Shown here piece by piece: positions 37,768-48,821 of a DNA stretch of 64,000 bases. Location: contig CAYLJV010000001.1 of the NCBI GenBank assembly GCA_964384105.1, forward strand, positions 653,482 to 717,481, in the 5' to 3' direction. The position numbers and the translations under genes were made by a program. The notes beneath the pieces are model-generated. The model ran no database searches. It was given only the letters and a program-made list of their open reading frames with translations, and had not been told where the DNA came from. Position 1 is the first letter of the stretch, and the number at the start of each line of letters is the position of its first letter. This DNA comes from Candidatus Hadarchaeota archaeon (GTDB taxonomy: Archaea > Hadarchaeota > Hadarchaeia > Hadarchaeales > JAGGTB01).

Positions 37768-39990
37768 ATGGGAAAAACATTAATAATAAGTGAGAAACCT
37801 AGCGCTGCATCTAAAATAGCCGGCGCTTTGTCTAAAAAGGAGGGTGCTCTTGAAAAGGAGCTAAATGGGGTTACTTACTATGAATTTGAAAGAGACGGGA
37901 AAAAAATAGTGGTAGTTCCGGCTCTTGGCCATCTTTTTACCTTGAAGAATAAGAAACCTATGAAGTACTATCCGATGTATGATATCGAATGGGTACCAAA
38001 ATACGAGGCTAATAATACGTCGGGGAATTCCGAAGCTTTCATAAAAGCGATAAGCGAAATCTCGAAAGAAGCTAGCGAATATATAAATGCCACAGATTTT
38101 GATCAGGAAGGCGCAGTAATCGGATACACAGTTTTAAAATTTCTCTGTGGTGATGGAGCTCCTGAGAAAGCGAAAAGAATGAAATTTTCGACATTAACAG
38201 CGGAAGAACTTGAAAATTCATATAAGAATTTACTTCCCAATTTGAATCAAAATCTCGTAGATTCGGGGATAGCCCGTCACATGTTAGATTGGTATTGGGG
38301 GATGAATCTCTCAAAGGCCCTTACTTCCTCCGTTGAAGCGGCTCATGATCGTTTTGTAAAACTGTCTGTTGGTCGAGTACAAACACCAACTCTGAAAATT
38401 TTGCTGGAAAGGGAGAAGGAAATCGAGAAGTTCGATCCGGAACCATACTGGGTTATTGAACTTTTGTTTGATTTAGATGATCAGGAAGTAAAGGCAAGGC
38501 ATAAAGAGAAAAAAATATTTGATGAAGACAGAGCGTTAGAGATAAAGAAGAAGTGTGAAGGCAAATCTGCCACGGTCTCAAATATAAAAACAAGAGAGTA
38601 TACGAATACCCCACCCACACCTTTTAATTTAAGTTCACTTCAATCCGAGGCCCATAAGCAGTTTGGTTATTCCCCAGCTAGAACTCAACAGTTAGCACAA
38701 ATTCTCTATAATGACGCATTGATTAGTTATCCCAGAACGGGTTCTAAGAAGTTGCCTAAGTCCATCGGATACAGGGAAATAATCAAGAAAATAGGTAAAA
38801 TTCATGGATATAAAAAACGAGCTGAAAAACTCTTAAAAATATCCAAATTGGAACCCAATGAGGGAAAGGCAACTGACCCGGCTCATCCAGCTATTTATCC
38901 GACGGGTGTAAAACCTGAGGGTCTAGAAGGGCCTCGAAGAAGAGTCTATGACCTGATTGTTAAGAGATTTTTAGCTACTTTTGCTGATAAGGCGGTTAAG
39001 CAGAGTATGAGAATTGATTTGGATATCGAAGGAGAACCATTCTTCCTTAGAGGTCGAAAAGTGCTTGAGCCTGGTTGGCTGGAATATTATGCACCATACG
39101 GAACTACTGACGAAATCATCCTCCCCGAAATACGCGAGGGGCAAATACTTGAACCCCAAAAATTCCTGTATCAGGAAAAGGAGACAAGTCCTCCTGCTAG
39201 ATATAATCCTTCTTCTACGGTTAAGGAAATGGAAGATCGAAATTTGGGTACCAAGGCTACAAGAGCGGGTACCGTAGAAAATTTAGCAGATAGAAATTAC
39301 ATAGAGGGTGAACGTTTCGTTGTAACTGAAATAGGGAAACAGTTGATAGAATCTTTGAACGAATATTGCCCTGAAATCGTTAGTGAGGAACTTACTGCTC
39401 ATTTTGAAAAAGAGATGGAAGAAATAGAGCAAGGTGAAAAGGATAAAGAGGAGATATTAGAAGAAGCTAAAAAGAAACTCAATGAGATTTTAGAAAACTT
39501 CAAAGAAAACGAAGAGAAAATAGGAGAACCACTTGGTGAGGCCTATAGAAAAACCAGGAGGAACCAGAAGATTATGGGTGACTGCAAACTTTGTGACGAA
39601 GGCCAACTCAAAATAATTGTTTCTCGGAGGACTGGAAAGAGATTCGCTGGCTGTACCAATTATCCAAATTGTAATAATTCTTACCCCTTACCCCAAAATG
39701 GGAAGATTATACCTCTAGACGAGTATTGCGATGAATGTGAGGAACCACGAATTAAAGTAATCCGAAAGGGGAAGAGACCATACACTATGTGCATTAACCA
39801 TACTTGTTCAACAAAAGATGATTGGGATATCGACCAATCAAAAATAGGAAAATCAACACCACCCCAAGATCAGAATATAACTCCATTAATGGAACAGTAC
39901 CAGGAAGAGACTGACAAAAAGGCTAGAGATGAAGAAGGAGATTTGACTGATGAATATAAGAAGTGGAGAAGGAACAGGTCGAAGAAATAG
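37768..39990 (+). CDS. topA: Type IA DNA topoisomerase with C-terminal zinc ribbons
   Basis: ISEKPS, GHLF, ATDFDQEG, SVGRVQTP, ISYPRT (catalytic Tyr), AHPAIYPT, LGTKATR, GCTNYPNC. Confidence 0.96.
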   Translation: MGKTLIISEKPSAASKIAGALSKKEGALEKELNGVTYYEFERDGKKIVVVPALGHLFTLKNKKPMKYYPMYDIEWVPKYEANNTSGNSEAFIKAISEISKEASEYINATDFDQEGAVIGYTVLKFLCGDGAPEKAKRMKFSTLTAEELENSYKNLLPNLNQNLVDSGIARHMLDWYWGMNLSKALTSSVEAAHDRFVKLSVGRVQTPTLKILLEREKEIEKFDPEPYWVIELLFDLDDQEVKARHKEKKIFDEDRALEIKKKCEGKSATVSNIKTREYTNTPPTPFNLSSLQSEAHKQFGYSPARTQQLAQILYNDALISYPRTGSKKLPKSIGYREIIKKIGKIHGYKKRAEKLLKISKLEPNEGKATDPAHPAIYPTGVKPEGLEGPRRRVYDLIVKRFLATFADKAVKQSMRIDLDIEGEPFFLRGRKVLEPGWLEYYAPYGTTDEIILPEIREGQILEPQKFLYQEKETSPPARYNPSSTVKEMEDRNLGTKATRAGTVENLADRNYIEGERFVVTEIGKQLIESLNEYCPEIVSEELTAHFEKEMEEIEQGEKDKEEILEEAKKKLNEILENFKENEEKIGEPLGEAYRKTRRNQKIMGDCKLCDEGQLKIIVSRRTGKRFAGCTNYPNCNNSYPLPQNGKIIPLDEYCDECEEPRIKVIRKGKRPYTMCINHTCSTKDDWDIDQSKIGKSTPPQDQNITPLMEQYQEETDKKARDEEGDLTDEYKKWRRNRSKK

Positions 39991-40057
39991 ATCTCGTGAT
40001 TGCTTTCTTTCCAGAAATTTTAACTTTTCCAATAATTAGTTTTGTTGGTGATAGAAA

Positions 40058-41359
40058 TTGAAGATAGCGGTACTTTCGGATTTTCATTTGGGGGCAAAAT
40101 CTGGAACACAAAGAGAGGATGACTCTTTTGATCAGGCTCAAAGCGCTATTGAAAAAGCACTAAATTTAGGTGCTCAACTCATACTGATTGCTGGGGATAT
40201 ATTTGATTCTAGAATTCCTGAACAAGAAGTGTTGTCTAAGGCCATGAAAATTCTTACTTTGGCCTCCGAAAGACCAAATAAACAAGTAGAACTTTTAGAT
40301 ACTATAAACAAAAACAGAGACGAAATTTCAGCACTCCCAATAAGAGGGGTTCCCGTTATTGCGGTTCATGGAAATCATGAGAGGAGGGGAAGGGGATTCA
40401 TAGATTCTGTCGAAACATTGGAATCTGCGGGTCTTGCTATAAGGCTTCATCATAATTCAGTAGTTTTCGGCACGAATGAAGGAGAAATAGCGATCCATGG
40501 TATGGGTTATGTCCCCGAAGAATATGCATTGGATGTATTAGATAAATGGGAGCCCAAACCAGTGAAAAATGCAAAGAATATTTTTATGATACACCAGGGA
40601 TTAGGAAAATTTACTTTTTCACTCGAGAAGGAATCCGTTCTTCAACCTTCGGATGTTCCGTTAGGGTTCGATTTATATATTTCTGGCCATGTTCATTACC
40701 AAGCCGAATCGAAAATCAACCATGCCCCCTTACTTTTCCCCGGGAGTACAATCCGTACTCAGCTTTTGCCTATTGAAGCCGAAAAGTCAAAAGGATTTTA
40801 TATGTTAGACGTTGATTCTGACGAAATACACTACAAATTTATAGAACTTGGATCTGTCAGGGACTTCTTTTACAAGGAGAAAGAATTCGATAGTGCGCTT
40901 CCGAACCAAGTAGAAGAGTGGATTAAAATGGAACTTGATGAACTAAGCAAAAAAGCTAGAAAAAATCAGGACAAACTGCCATTAGTCCGGTTCAGGTTAA
41001 AAGGGACCTTGGCTAAAGGTAGCTCTAGAAGCGAAATTGATATCAACTCGATTAAATCTGATTACGAAGCAATGTTCTTACTTAGTTTTTCTTACAACGA
41101 TCTTAATTCCCCGAGGTTAGAAGAAAAAACGAGATTTTTGAAAGACATAAGGGAGGAAAGAATATCTATGGAAGAGCGAGGAATGAAAATTCTCGAATCT
41201 AATTTAGAGGAACTTGAGTACGATGGATTATTTGAGTGTAGGACACTATTCGAGATTTTGTCGGAAGAGAGAGTTGATGAGGCCTTTGGGGAGGTTTCCA
41301 AAAAACTGAGAAAGATGATCAACAGAGAATTTGAGGATACCAATGATAACAAGAGTTAG
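40058..41359 (+). CDS. mre11: DNA double-strand break repair nuclease Mre11
   Basis: SDFHLG, AGDIFD, HGNHE, HQ, GHVH, PGS motifs; overlaps rad50. Confidence 0.92.
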   Translation: MKIAVLSDFHLGAKSGTQREDDSFDQAQSAIEKALNLGAQLILIAGDIFDSRIPEQEVLSKAMKILTLASERPNKQVELLDTINKNRDEISALPIRGVPVIAVHGNHERRGRGFIDSVETLESAGLAIRLHHNSVVFGTNEGEIAIHGMGYVPEEYALDVLDKWEPKPVKNAKNIFMIHQGLGKFTFSLEKESVLQPSDVPLGFDLYISGHVHYQAESKINHAPLLFPGSTIRTQLLPIEAEKSKGFYMLDVDSDEIHYKFIELGSVRDFFYKEKEFDSALPNQVEEWIKMELDELSKKARKNQDKLPLVRFRLKGTLAKGSSRSEIDINSIKSDYEAMFLLSFSYNDLNSPRLEEKTRFLKDIREERISMEERGMKILESNLEELEYDGLFECRTLFEILSEERVDEAFGEVSKKLRKMINREFEDTNDNKS

Positions 41360-43736
41360 GCTAAAAAATTGGAAATCCCATGAAGAGACTGAATTGAAAT
41401 TGGGGCAGGGTACCAACGTATTGGTTGGGATAATGGGAAGCGGCAAATCGGCTGTTCTCGAGGCTATATCTTATGGTTTGTTCGGAACCCTCCCGGCCGT
41501 AAGAAATCGCAAGATAACTCTTGATGATCTTATAAGAAAGAGACCAGTTAAGAAAGACTTTTTGGAAACAGAAGTGGGGTTCACTACACCTACCGGCGAT
41601 GAGTACAAAGTCAAAAGAGTCGTAGAAAGAGGGAAGGGGACTACCTATGCAGAATTGAGAGGGGAAGATGGCACTCTAATAGAAAAGCCAAATTCTACTA
41701 ATGTGACCGAGCATGTTACATCTCTTCTTGGTATAGATTACGATTTTTTTGAAAGAATGATTTATGCAGAACAAAATCAGCTTGATAGATTTCTAACTTT
41801 GGAACCTAGAGAAAGAAGAAAGAAGGTTGATGAATTATTAAAAATAAACAAGTTTGAAAAGGCTAGAAAAAGTACCACCACGCTCGTTAATAGATTAAAA
41901 GATCGTAAAGCAGATAGAAAGGAGGATCTAAAAGAGTTAGAAGGCGACGATGAAATAGAAGCTCTTAGCTCTTTAGAGGAAGAGCTTGAAGAAACAAAAG
42001 CGGAAAAGGATACTCTAGTAAAAGAACTCAGTGAGATAAAGCCAGAGTTAGAAAAGGTTGAGAAAAAGTTAGGGAATCTCAATAAGATTAAAGAAAAAAT
42101 TGAATCTTTTTCGAAGAGAATCGAATCCATCAGGGGTAAACTGGAAGCATTGGATGAGCAGATAAATAACGCGAAAGAAAAACTCGGAAAAGACGCAGAT
42201 TTTAATCTAGAGGATTTAAAAAAACGAAAAAATGTTTTGGAGAACTCTCTTCGTGAGTCCAAAGAGAAAGTTGAAGAATTGGAATCTAAATTGAGTTCTA
42301 ATATAGCGGAAATTAGTGAGTTAAAAACAGAAAGGCGAACTTTTGAGAATAATGTTGATGAACTCGGGGAGACTATAGAAAAAAAAGAGCAAATTAAGAA
42401 AGAACTCAGTGACGTAGACATAGTAGAGATTTCTGAAAAATTAGAGAATCTCGAAAAGAAGAGAGAGGAGATAAGAGAGTCTGTTTCAACCTTAACGGCA
42501 CATGTCGCTGAACTGAATGATACTTTAGAGGATCTTAAAAAAGTAGAGTCAACTTGTCCAATTTGTGATCGGCCACTAAAGGAAAGTCACAGAAAAGAAT
42601 TGATAGATAAAAAAACTGAGGATTTACAAAGGAAAAAGGCTGCGATTTCAGATCTCAAGATTAAAATTTCTAAGATCGAAGACAAAATAAGCGAAAAAAA
42701 GAGTGAAAGAGATTACTTTAAGGAATTGGAGAGGAAAGTAACTGATTTACCTGACCTAAAGTCACGACTAAACGACATAGAGAAAATAATTAAAGAAAAG
42801 GAGCATTCCTTAGAAGAAAAGAAAACGATAAGAGAAGTAATTAGAGAAAAGCTTGAAAATGGAAAGAAAAAAATCGAAAAAGTTCGTAGTGGCTATGAAG
42901 ATGTTAAGAAAAAAATAGGTCTTTATGAGGATCTGAAGTCAGCTAGAAAATCTAGAATGGAAACAGAGAAAGAAGAAAGTAGAATTTCGGAAAAATTAAG
43001 TGAGAAGAAAGAAGAATACGATGAAGAAGAAGTTAAAGAGCTAGAAAAAAGACATCAAGATTTGATTAGGAAGCAGGAAAGGGTTAAGACTCGGTTAGAT
43101 GAAATAAAAAAGTTGATTGAACAGAAAGAGAAATTAGTTGAGAACATTCGGAAAAAGAAAGAGACTCTAGAAAGACGAAGGAAAGAAGTTGAATTCTTAA
43201 CTGATTCGATTAATTCTCTCAACAAGTTTCAGAGAGCTTTATCAAAGAGCCAAACTTCTCTGAGGAGACAGGTAATAGAAGCTGTAAACGGTATGATGAA
43301 TGATATTTGGGATAGTATCTATCCCTACGAAGATTTCCAGAAAATCCGATTATCTATCGAAGAGGCGAGAAAAACGAGTGATTACGAACTTCAAGTAATG
43401 GACAGTGCAGGGGATTGGAATCCGGTAGAAGGTGTCACAAGTGGAGGGGAAAGAACATGTGCTTCGTTAACTTTGAGGATAGCTTTTGCGGTAGTATTGG
43501 CCCCGAGTTTGAGCTGGTTAGTACTTGATGAACCTACACACAATTTAGACTCGGAAGGAATTGACAATTTGTCCGAAATCTTTCGAGATAGAGTTCCAAA
43601 AGTCGTGGAACAACTTTTACTAATAACTCACGAAAAGCGCCTGGAATCTGCTGTGAGTGGGTATTTATACCGTTTTTCAAGAGATAAAAGTGTAGATGGA
43701 CCTACCGAGGTTGAAAGAGTCTATGAGCGGGGATAA
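41343..43736 (+). CDS. rad50: DNA double-strand break repair ATPase Rad50
   Basis: Walker A GIMGSGKS, Q-loop, long coiled coil with CPIC zinc hook, SGGE, LDEPT, ITH. Confidence 0.94.
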   Translation: MITRVRLKNWKSHEETELKLGQGTNVLVGIMGSGKSAVLEAISYGLFGTLPAVRNRKITLDDLIRKRPVKKDFLETEVGFTTPTGDEYKVKRVVERGKGTTYAELRGEDGTLIEKPNSTNVTEHVTSLLGIDYDFFERMIYAEQNQLDRFLTLEPRERRKKVDELLKINKFEKARKSTTTLVNRLKDRKADRKEDLKELEGDDEIEALSSLEEELEETKAEKDTLVKELSEIKPELEKVEKKLGNLNKIKEKIESFSKRIESIRGKLEALDEQINNAKEKLGKDADFNLEDLKKRKNVLENSLRESKEKVEELESKLSSNIAEISELKTERRTFENNVDELGETIEKKEQIKKELSDVDIVEISEKLENLEKKREEIRESVSTLTAHVAELNDTLEDLKKVESTCPICDRPLKESHRKELIDKKTEDLQRKKAAISDLKIKISKIEDKISEKKSERDYFKELERKVTDLPDLKSRLNDIEKIIKEKEHSLEEKKTIREVIREKLENGKKKIEKVRSGYEDVKKKIGLYEDLKSARKSRMETEKEESRISEKLSEKKEEYDEEEVKELEKRHQDLIRKQERVKTRLDEIKKLIEQKEKLVENIRKKKETLERRRKEVEFLTDSINSLNKFQRALSKSQTSLRRQVIEAVNGMMNDIWDSIYPYEDFQKIRLSIEEARKTSDYELQVMDSAGDWNPVEGVTSGGERTCASLTLRIAFAVVLAPSLSWLVLDEPTHNLDSEGIDNLSEIFRDRVPKVVEQLLLITHEKRLESAVSGYLYRFSRDKSVDGPTEVERVYERG

Positions 43737-43760
43737 TCGGTTAAACAAAATTTTTGGTCG

Positions 43761-44450
43761 TCAATCAAAATTTTCTAGAATTATTTTTATCGCTTCCTCT
43801 ACACCTTTGCCATAGGACTCTTTAGTGGTATGGTTACTTGCCTCCTTTGCTTTTTGATCTGCATTAGCAGGCGTGAAGCTTTTTCCAGCCTCCTTTAACA
43901 TCTCTATGTCGTTCTGAGCATCGCCGATGGCAGCTATTTCAGAAGCCGAGCAATTTAAAATTTCGGCAACTTTTTTCAGAGCTTCTCCTTTATTGATGTT
44001 AGGGTTTCTAATATGAATAGCGAATCCAGAATCAACAGCTGTAATTCCCAATCCCTTGGCTTTCAAAATTTTTGTTGCCTCTTCGGCATTGAAGGTTCTT
44101 TCTAAGGTTCTACCTGCGCGTCTCCTATTAGAGGTAGCTGTATGTTGAATGTCCCCGAATTCTTCTTCTAGTATTTTCACTGCTTTATTCAGCTCTTTTG
44201 AATCTCCTAACAAGTACTCTTTCTCTGAAGATTGGTCAAACACGATTCCTCCGTCTTCTGCTATCAAAGGTCCACTTGTGCCAAGGAGAACAGCAGCTGT
44301 TCTGGCAAAGCATAAAATATTGCCTGTTGCCAAGCATATTTTGATCCCTGAGGCTTCGGCACTTCGTATAGGCTCAATAGCGTTTACGTCTAATTGTCGT
44401 TTTTCATCTGTTATAGTCCCGTCAATGTCTAAAGTAATCGCTTTTATCAA
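43761..44450 (-). CDS. HAD-IIB phosphoglycolate phosphatase (archaeal type)
   Basis: DIDGTIT, ATGN, AEDGG, SGFAIHI, NKG, GDAQND. Confidence 0.9.
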   Translation of the reverse strand: MIKAITLDIDGTITDEKRQLDVNAIEPIRSAEASGIKICLATGNILCFARTAAVLLGTSGPLIAEDGGIVFDQSSEKEYLLGDSKELNKAVKILEEEFGDIQHTATSNRRRAGRTLERTFNAEEATKILKAKGLGITAVDSGFAIHIRNPNINKGEALKKVAEILNCSASEIAAIGDAQNDIEMLKEAGKSFTPANADQKAKEASNHTTKESYGKGVEEAIKIILENFD

Positions 44451-44461
44451 GAAAATACACC

Positions 44462-45421
44462 TTAATCTCTAATACCCTCGCTAGTTATCCGAAATACCGC
44501 TTCTCCCTCTGGTAATTCAGGGCTATCAACTACTCTAGCTATTCTTCTCGAACCTCTTGATTTCCTTAAGTAAATCCTATTTGTAGCAGAGTGTCCCATT
44601 ATGTGTCCTCCTATCGGCTGGGTTGAATCACCTAAGAATGCGTCAGGATTCGCTTGTACTTGATTCGTTACCACAACTGCGACATTATTCAGATCCGCAA
44701 TTCTATGAAGAGAAAGAAGATGTTTTCCGAGTTTTTGTTGTCTCTCCGCTAGATTCTCTCTTCCGATAAATTCGGCTCTAAAAAGAGAGGTTACAGTATC
44801 CACCACGAGAAGTCTAACATTTTTTTCTTCGACTAAATCTTGAGCTTTTTCTGCTGTTATCAATTGCTGATCGGTATTCATGATTTTGGCGACATAAATA
44901 TTCTTAAGAGCTTCTTGTGGGTCTACCCCTACATCTCGGGCCATACTTTCTATTCTCCTAGGGCGGAAAGTATTCTCTGTGTCCAGATAAATTGCTCTTC
45001 CGTCTAGGCCTCCTTTTTCCTTGGGAAGTTGAGTGTTAACGCTAAGCTGATGAGCTATCTGAGTTTTACCACAACCAAATTCTCCAAATATCTCTGTAAC
45101 TGCTTGGGTTTCGATTCCACCACCGAAAAGACCATCTAATTCTTCACTACCTGTGGTTATCCATCCAACACTATCTCTTTTTTCTAAAATTTTATCTGCA
45201 GTCACAAACTGATCCTCCCCGCATACTTCTTCAGCCTCCTCGATTATTTTTCTGGCTTTTTCCTCGCTGATTTCGGCTATTTTTTGAATGTCTTTTATTC
45301 TGGCGGTAGCAATAGATTCTATTGTTTTATAACCTTCCTCCCTAAGTTTGCGGGCAGTAGCCTCTTTTAATTCCGATAGAGAGTTAATACTTTTATTTTT
45401 TTCCAATTTTCTTCTCCTCAT
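44462..45421 (-). CDS. radA: DNA repair and recombination protein RadA (start probably TTG 45406)
   Basis: N-terminal Hh[37 protein letters not shown]; no intein. Confidence 0.96.
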   Translation of the reverse strand: MRRRKLEKNKSINSLSELKEATARKLREEGYKTIESIATARIKDIQKIAEISEEKARKIIEEAEEVCGEDQFVTADKILEKRDSVGWITTGSEELDGLFGGGIETQAVTEIFGEFGCGKTQIAHQLSVNTQLPKEKGGLDGRAIYLDTENTFRPRRIESMARDVGVDPQEALKNIYVAKIMNTDQQLITAEKAQDLVEEKNVRLLVVDTVTSLFRAEFIGRENLAERQQKLGKHLLSLHRIADLNNVAVVVTNQVQANPDAFLGDSTQPIGGHIMGHSATNRIYLRKSRGSRRIARVVDSPELPEGEAVFRITSEGIRD

Positions 45422-45438
45422 TTGTTTGAAGAGCTGGA

Positions 45439-47514
45439 CTAGGCTTTAATCCTTTTTAAGATTCTTTTTGCTTCTTCTTTTGGTTTTGGGAAATCTATTT
45501 CAGTAGCCCTTATCTCAAGCATATCAAAGTAATCGTCGTGTCTTATATTACCCTTTACTAGAAGTTCCGTTCCAATTAGATCTATTTTTTTATAAAATGA
45601 TGAGAGCTCGCCTTCTTTTATTTCCTCTCGAATCTCGTCAACCGATTTTCCTAACACTTTTTCTCCTAATTTTCCAAAGAGCACCATTCGAATGTTACTG
45701 CTTCCATCGTCTACAATCCCGTTAAGAACTGTTCTATAGTCCGGTTCAACTATTTCTCCGCATTCTTCGCAGAGAGCCTCAGAGTCATCAGTCCCCAAAC
45801 TTCTCTCACACCTAGGGCATATACTGAAGAAAGGTTTTCTCTCAAAAAGTTTAACGACAGTCCCACGAACCATAACTTTCGAGTTTTCTTTTACATTTTC
45901 TATTTTTACTCGCTCTGCGGTCAAAGGCTCTTTTTTGTTTATCTCGCTTGTCGGAGGCAAATCTACTCCTTCGGGATTTATTTCAACATTAGCTAGATTC
46001 CCAACGTGGATTTCTGGTCTGCCGTAATTACCGGCTACAGTGTAAGAATTTTCGATTTTCAACGAGTCACCTATCTCTAATTCGTCTAACAGCTCAGTTC
46101 TTGATCCCCATAAAGTGACAGAACACGTGCCAGTTTTATCACCGATAGTTAGTGAAGCGACTTTTCCTTTTTCACCGCTTGAATTGGTGAATTCTCTAAC
46201 CTCTGTCATGTTGATGATCCGTCCCATTACCTGGATGTAATCCATTCCTTCTTCTAATTCAGAAATTAGAAATCTGTTTGTTTCCGTTTTTCCTATTTCA
46301 ATATTCTCTGGATTAATTTCTATTCTAGACTTTTCACCAATCTGTATCTCAGGTTTACCCCTTAGGCCCGCTCTACTTCTAGCATTTTCTATAAATATGA
46401 GATCCCCGGGGGACATTTTTTCGGCTGTTTCTGCTGCATTATCCCAGAAGGATAGTCTAATTGTTCCAGTCTCATCCGCAATTAGAGCATTCATAACTCT
46501 ACCAGTAGATCCGTCTTTTCTTAAAAATTCGTTAACGGGGAAAGTTCTTTGGACTTTTCCAGCAAGGTCTAAAGTTGGCATATCCGGCTCTATATCTTCT
46601 ATCTTTAATAGCTTCCTTTCGAATTCGGGTAAATCTCCTACTTCCTTTTTTGGTGGACTACGTATCAACCGACTTTGCCAGTTCACGTGAAGTTGGGGTA
46701 TATCTTGTTTATCTTTTCTCACAGAAGCATTTTCAAGTTTTATAATATCTCCTTGTTCAATTCCTTTAACTTCCTCAGCTTTTTCATCCCATATGGAAAC
46801 CCTAATTTGACCAGTCTCATCTGCAATTCTCACGGTTGCTACTTTCCCTTTTGACCCGTCCGCCCTTTCGAATTCTCGAGGGTTGGTGACGGCGATAACC
46901 CTCCCTACTATATCTGCATATTCTAGATTGGAATCAATATCAGAAATTTTAATTTTAGTGTCTTCGAGGGATGGTAAATCCTCTACTCGCTCTCCTGTGG
47001 GTTCTGCTTCGATTTCGCTTCTCTTGCCAACGTTTAACTCCAGTGAGTTGGTTCGACCTTTTTTGATATATGCGTTTTTGAAACGGATGGACATACCTTT
47101 TTGTAATTCTCCCCTTGCCACTAACTCAGCCATTTCGTCCCAAAGCACGACTCTGATCTCTCCGGTCTTGTCTATAATAGTTAGATTTGCTACTTTCCCT
47201 TTTGACCCGTCTTGTCTTTCAAATACATTAGGTTCAAATATCCTAGCTACTTTCCCTACAACGTCTATATTGGACATTCCTTCGCTAAGGTCCTCTATTC
47301 TTAGCTTTTTTATCTCCGGTTCTTCTCTTTCCAACGTGATGCCATAATTTCTAGCTATTATCGTTGCTGCTCCTTCCTCAGTAACGAAACCACTAAGCTC
47401 CTCTTGTTTTTTATTTATCCGGTTGATTACTTCTTCTCTTTTGGCTTCCGTCTTCTCGATTATTTTTTTTATTATGTCTTCCGTTTTTTCATTCATTTTC
47501 TTCCTAGAGTACAA
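45439..47514 (-). CDS. rpa: Replication protein A (four tandem OB folds plus a Zn-finger OB fold)
   Basis: Four repeats of F.R.DG..GKV....D.TG.IR..LW; CPRC...CEEC; directly upstream of radA. Confidence 0.92.
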   Translation of the reverse strand: MYSRKKMNEKTEDIIKKIIEKTEAKREEVINRINKKQEELSGFVTEEGAATIIARNYGITLEREEPEIKKLRIEDLSEGMSNIDVVGKVARIFEPNVFERQDGSKGKVANLTIIDKTGEIRVVLWDEMAELVARGELQKGMSIRFKNAYIKKGRTNSLELNVGKRSEIEAEPTGERVEDLPSLEDTKIKISDIDSNLEYADIVGRVIAVTNPREFERADGSKGKVATVRIADETGQIRVSIWDEKAEEVKGIEQGDIIKLENASVRKDKQDIPQLHVNWQSRLIRSPPKKEVGDLPEFERKLLKIEDIEPDMPTLDLAGKVQRTFPVNEFLRKDGSTGRVMNALIADETGTIRLSFWDNAAETAEKMSPGDLIFIENARSRAGLRGKPEIQIGEKSRIEINPENIEIGKTETNRFLISELEEGMDYIQVMGRIINMTEVREFTNSSGEKGKVASLTIGDKTGTCSVTLWGSRTELLDELEIGDSLKIENSYTVAGNYGRPEIHVGNLANVEINPEGVDLPPTSEINKKEPLTAERVKIENVKENSKVMVRGTVVKLFERKPFFSICPRCERSLGTDDSEALCEECGEIVEPDYRTVLNGIVDDGSSNIRMVLFGKLGEKVLGKSVDEIREEIKEGELSSFYKKIDLIGTELLVKGNIRHDDYFDMLEIRATEIDFPKPKEEAKRILKRIKA
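46836..47211. repeat. Two identical 25-bp copies within rpa OB repeats
   Basis: TTGCTACTTTCCCTTTTGACCCGTC at 46836-46860 and 47187-47211 (encodes DGSKGKVA). Confidence 0.85.
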
Positions 47515-47600
47515 TCGTTTTTTAGGTTAAAGAAATTAAGTCTATCAACTCTTGGGATTGAGAACTGTTAAATGTTGATAATTGAGTTGCTTTAGACCTA

Positions 47601-48713
47601 TTAAACTCCGGTTATTCTAAAGGGTACTGGAGTGAAACACGCTATAAATATTATATAAACTAATAATCCCAGCAGTTTTCTTCGCATATCTGGTTTAGTA
47701 ACGTTGTTTAAGGGGGGTGGGTGTCCCGCACTATGAAAAAAGAGGGTAATAAATCCCCAAAAAATCCAGATTTCTCCACCGCCTGAATCAGTAAAGCTAG
47801 TTAAGTAGAAACCTAGTGCCAAAAGAATGATCGGAACGCCACTTGAAATATATTGATGTTTTTCCCCAAAGAGCGCTCTGGACACATGTCCTCCATCTAG
47901 CTGACCAACAGGGAGAAGATTCAAGAAGGTGACAAAGAATCCAACCCATCCAGCAAAAGCCACGGGATGTAAACCACCTTCGTTCACTGGGATTAAGTAA
48001 GTAAGAGCTTGGTATATGAGTGGACGGCCTAGTTCTATTAAGCCTCCATCGGTTGGGACGGTGATTGGAGAAAGGTATAAACCTATTAATGTGACGGGTA
48101 TGGCAAAAATTATACCTAATAGGGGTCCAGCCGCTCCTATATCCAGAAGGGACTTTCTACTTGGAATCGGACTTTTAGTCTGTATTACAGCACCAAGTGT
48201 GCCTAATATGAATGGCGGTGGAACCGGAATGAAGTAGGGCAAGGTAGCGGCCACTCCCCGCCTTTTCGATATGATGTAATGACCCAGTTCGTGAGTTCCT
48301 AGAATCAACATTATAGATAGAGAAAACGGCCATCCTCTTAGTATACCCAAAGGATTATTGAAAACATCTACCCCGAACATAAGGGCTCCTGCAATCAGTG
48401 TGGTGATGATAGTAGCAATAAACAGTATCAGATGTTTTTTCGATGTTTTTACAGTGGGTTCTCGATATCTTTTTACAGTTATTTTGCCGATTTCTTCTTC
48501 TTTGTCTAGAAAAAGAATGAATCCAATTTTCTTTAATCTGGATAGTGTGTTGTTGAATTTTTTTTCAACATCGCCTTCTAACTCGAAGTATATCCCAATT
48601 TCATCATAATTTACAGAAGTACTTTGAATCAGAAACTCTTCCCCAACTATTTTTTCTATCTTCTTTGTCTCTTCTTCAGAGATAGAGATTTCTGGCTTGC
48701 CTACTCCTTCCAT
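47601..48713 (-). CDS. Site-2 protease (M50 family)
   Basis: HELGH, LPYFIP, GAAGP, NLLPVGQLDGGH. Confidence 0.94.
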   Translation of the reverse strand: MEGVGKPEISISEEETKKIEKIVGEEFLIQSTSVNYDEIGIYFELEGDVEKKFNNTLSRLKKIGFILFLDKEEEIGKITVKRYREPTVKTSKKHLILFIATIITTLIAGALMFGVDVFNNPLGILRGWPFSLSIMLILGTHELGHYIISKRRGVAATLPYFIPVPPPFILGTLGAVIQTKSPIPSRKSLLDIGAAGPLLGIIFAIPVTLIGLYLSPITVPTDGGLIELGRPLIYQALTYLIPVNEGGLHPVAFAGWVGFFVTFLNLLPVGQLDGGHVSRALFGEKHQYISSGVPIILLALGFYLTSFTDSGGGEIWIFWGFITLFFHSAGHPPPLNNVTKPDMRRKLLGLLVYIIFIACFTPVPFRITGV

Positions 48714-48821
48714 TAAGTTCGTCCCAAAGCTATTCTTTCAGTCTAGCCTTTTCTTTTTTCTCCAATAATTTTTGTATATTAGTTGAAAAGACTTAATTTC
48801 AAACGATTCTATGTAGTTTTG

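Noticed and set aside
39877-39900. ITPLMEQY in the TopA tail resembling the MutS N-terminal TPMMxQY motif
   Set aside because: Only 7-8 residues, with no following MutS mismatch-binding sequence; probably chance
41900-43200. Low-complexity purine-rich quasi-repeats
   Set aside because: Explained by the Glu/Lys-rich Rad50 coiled coil
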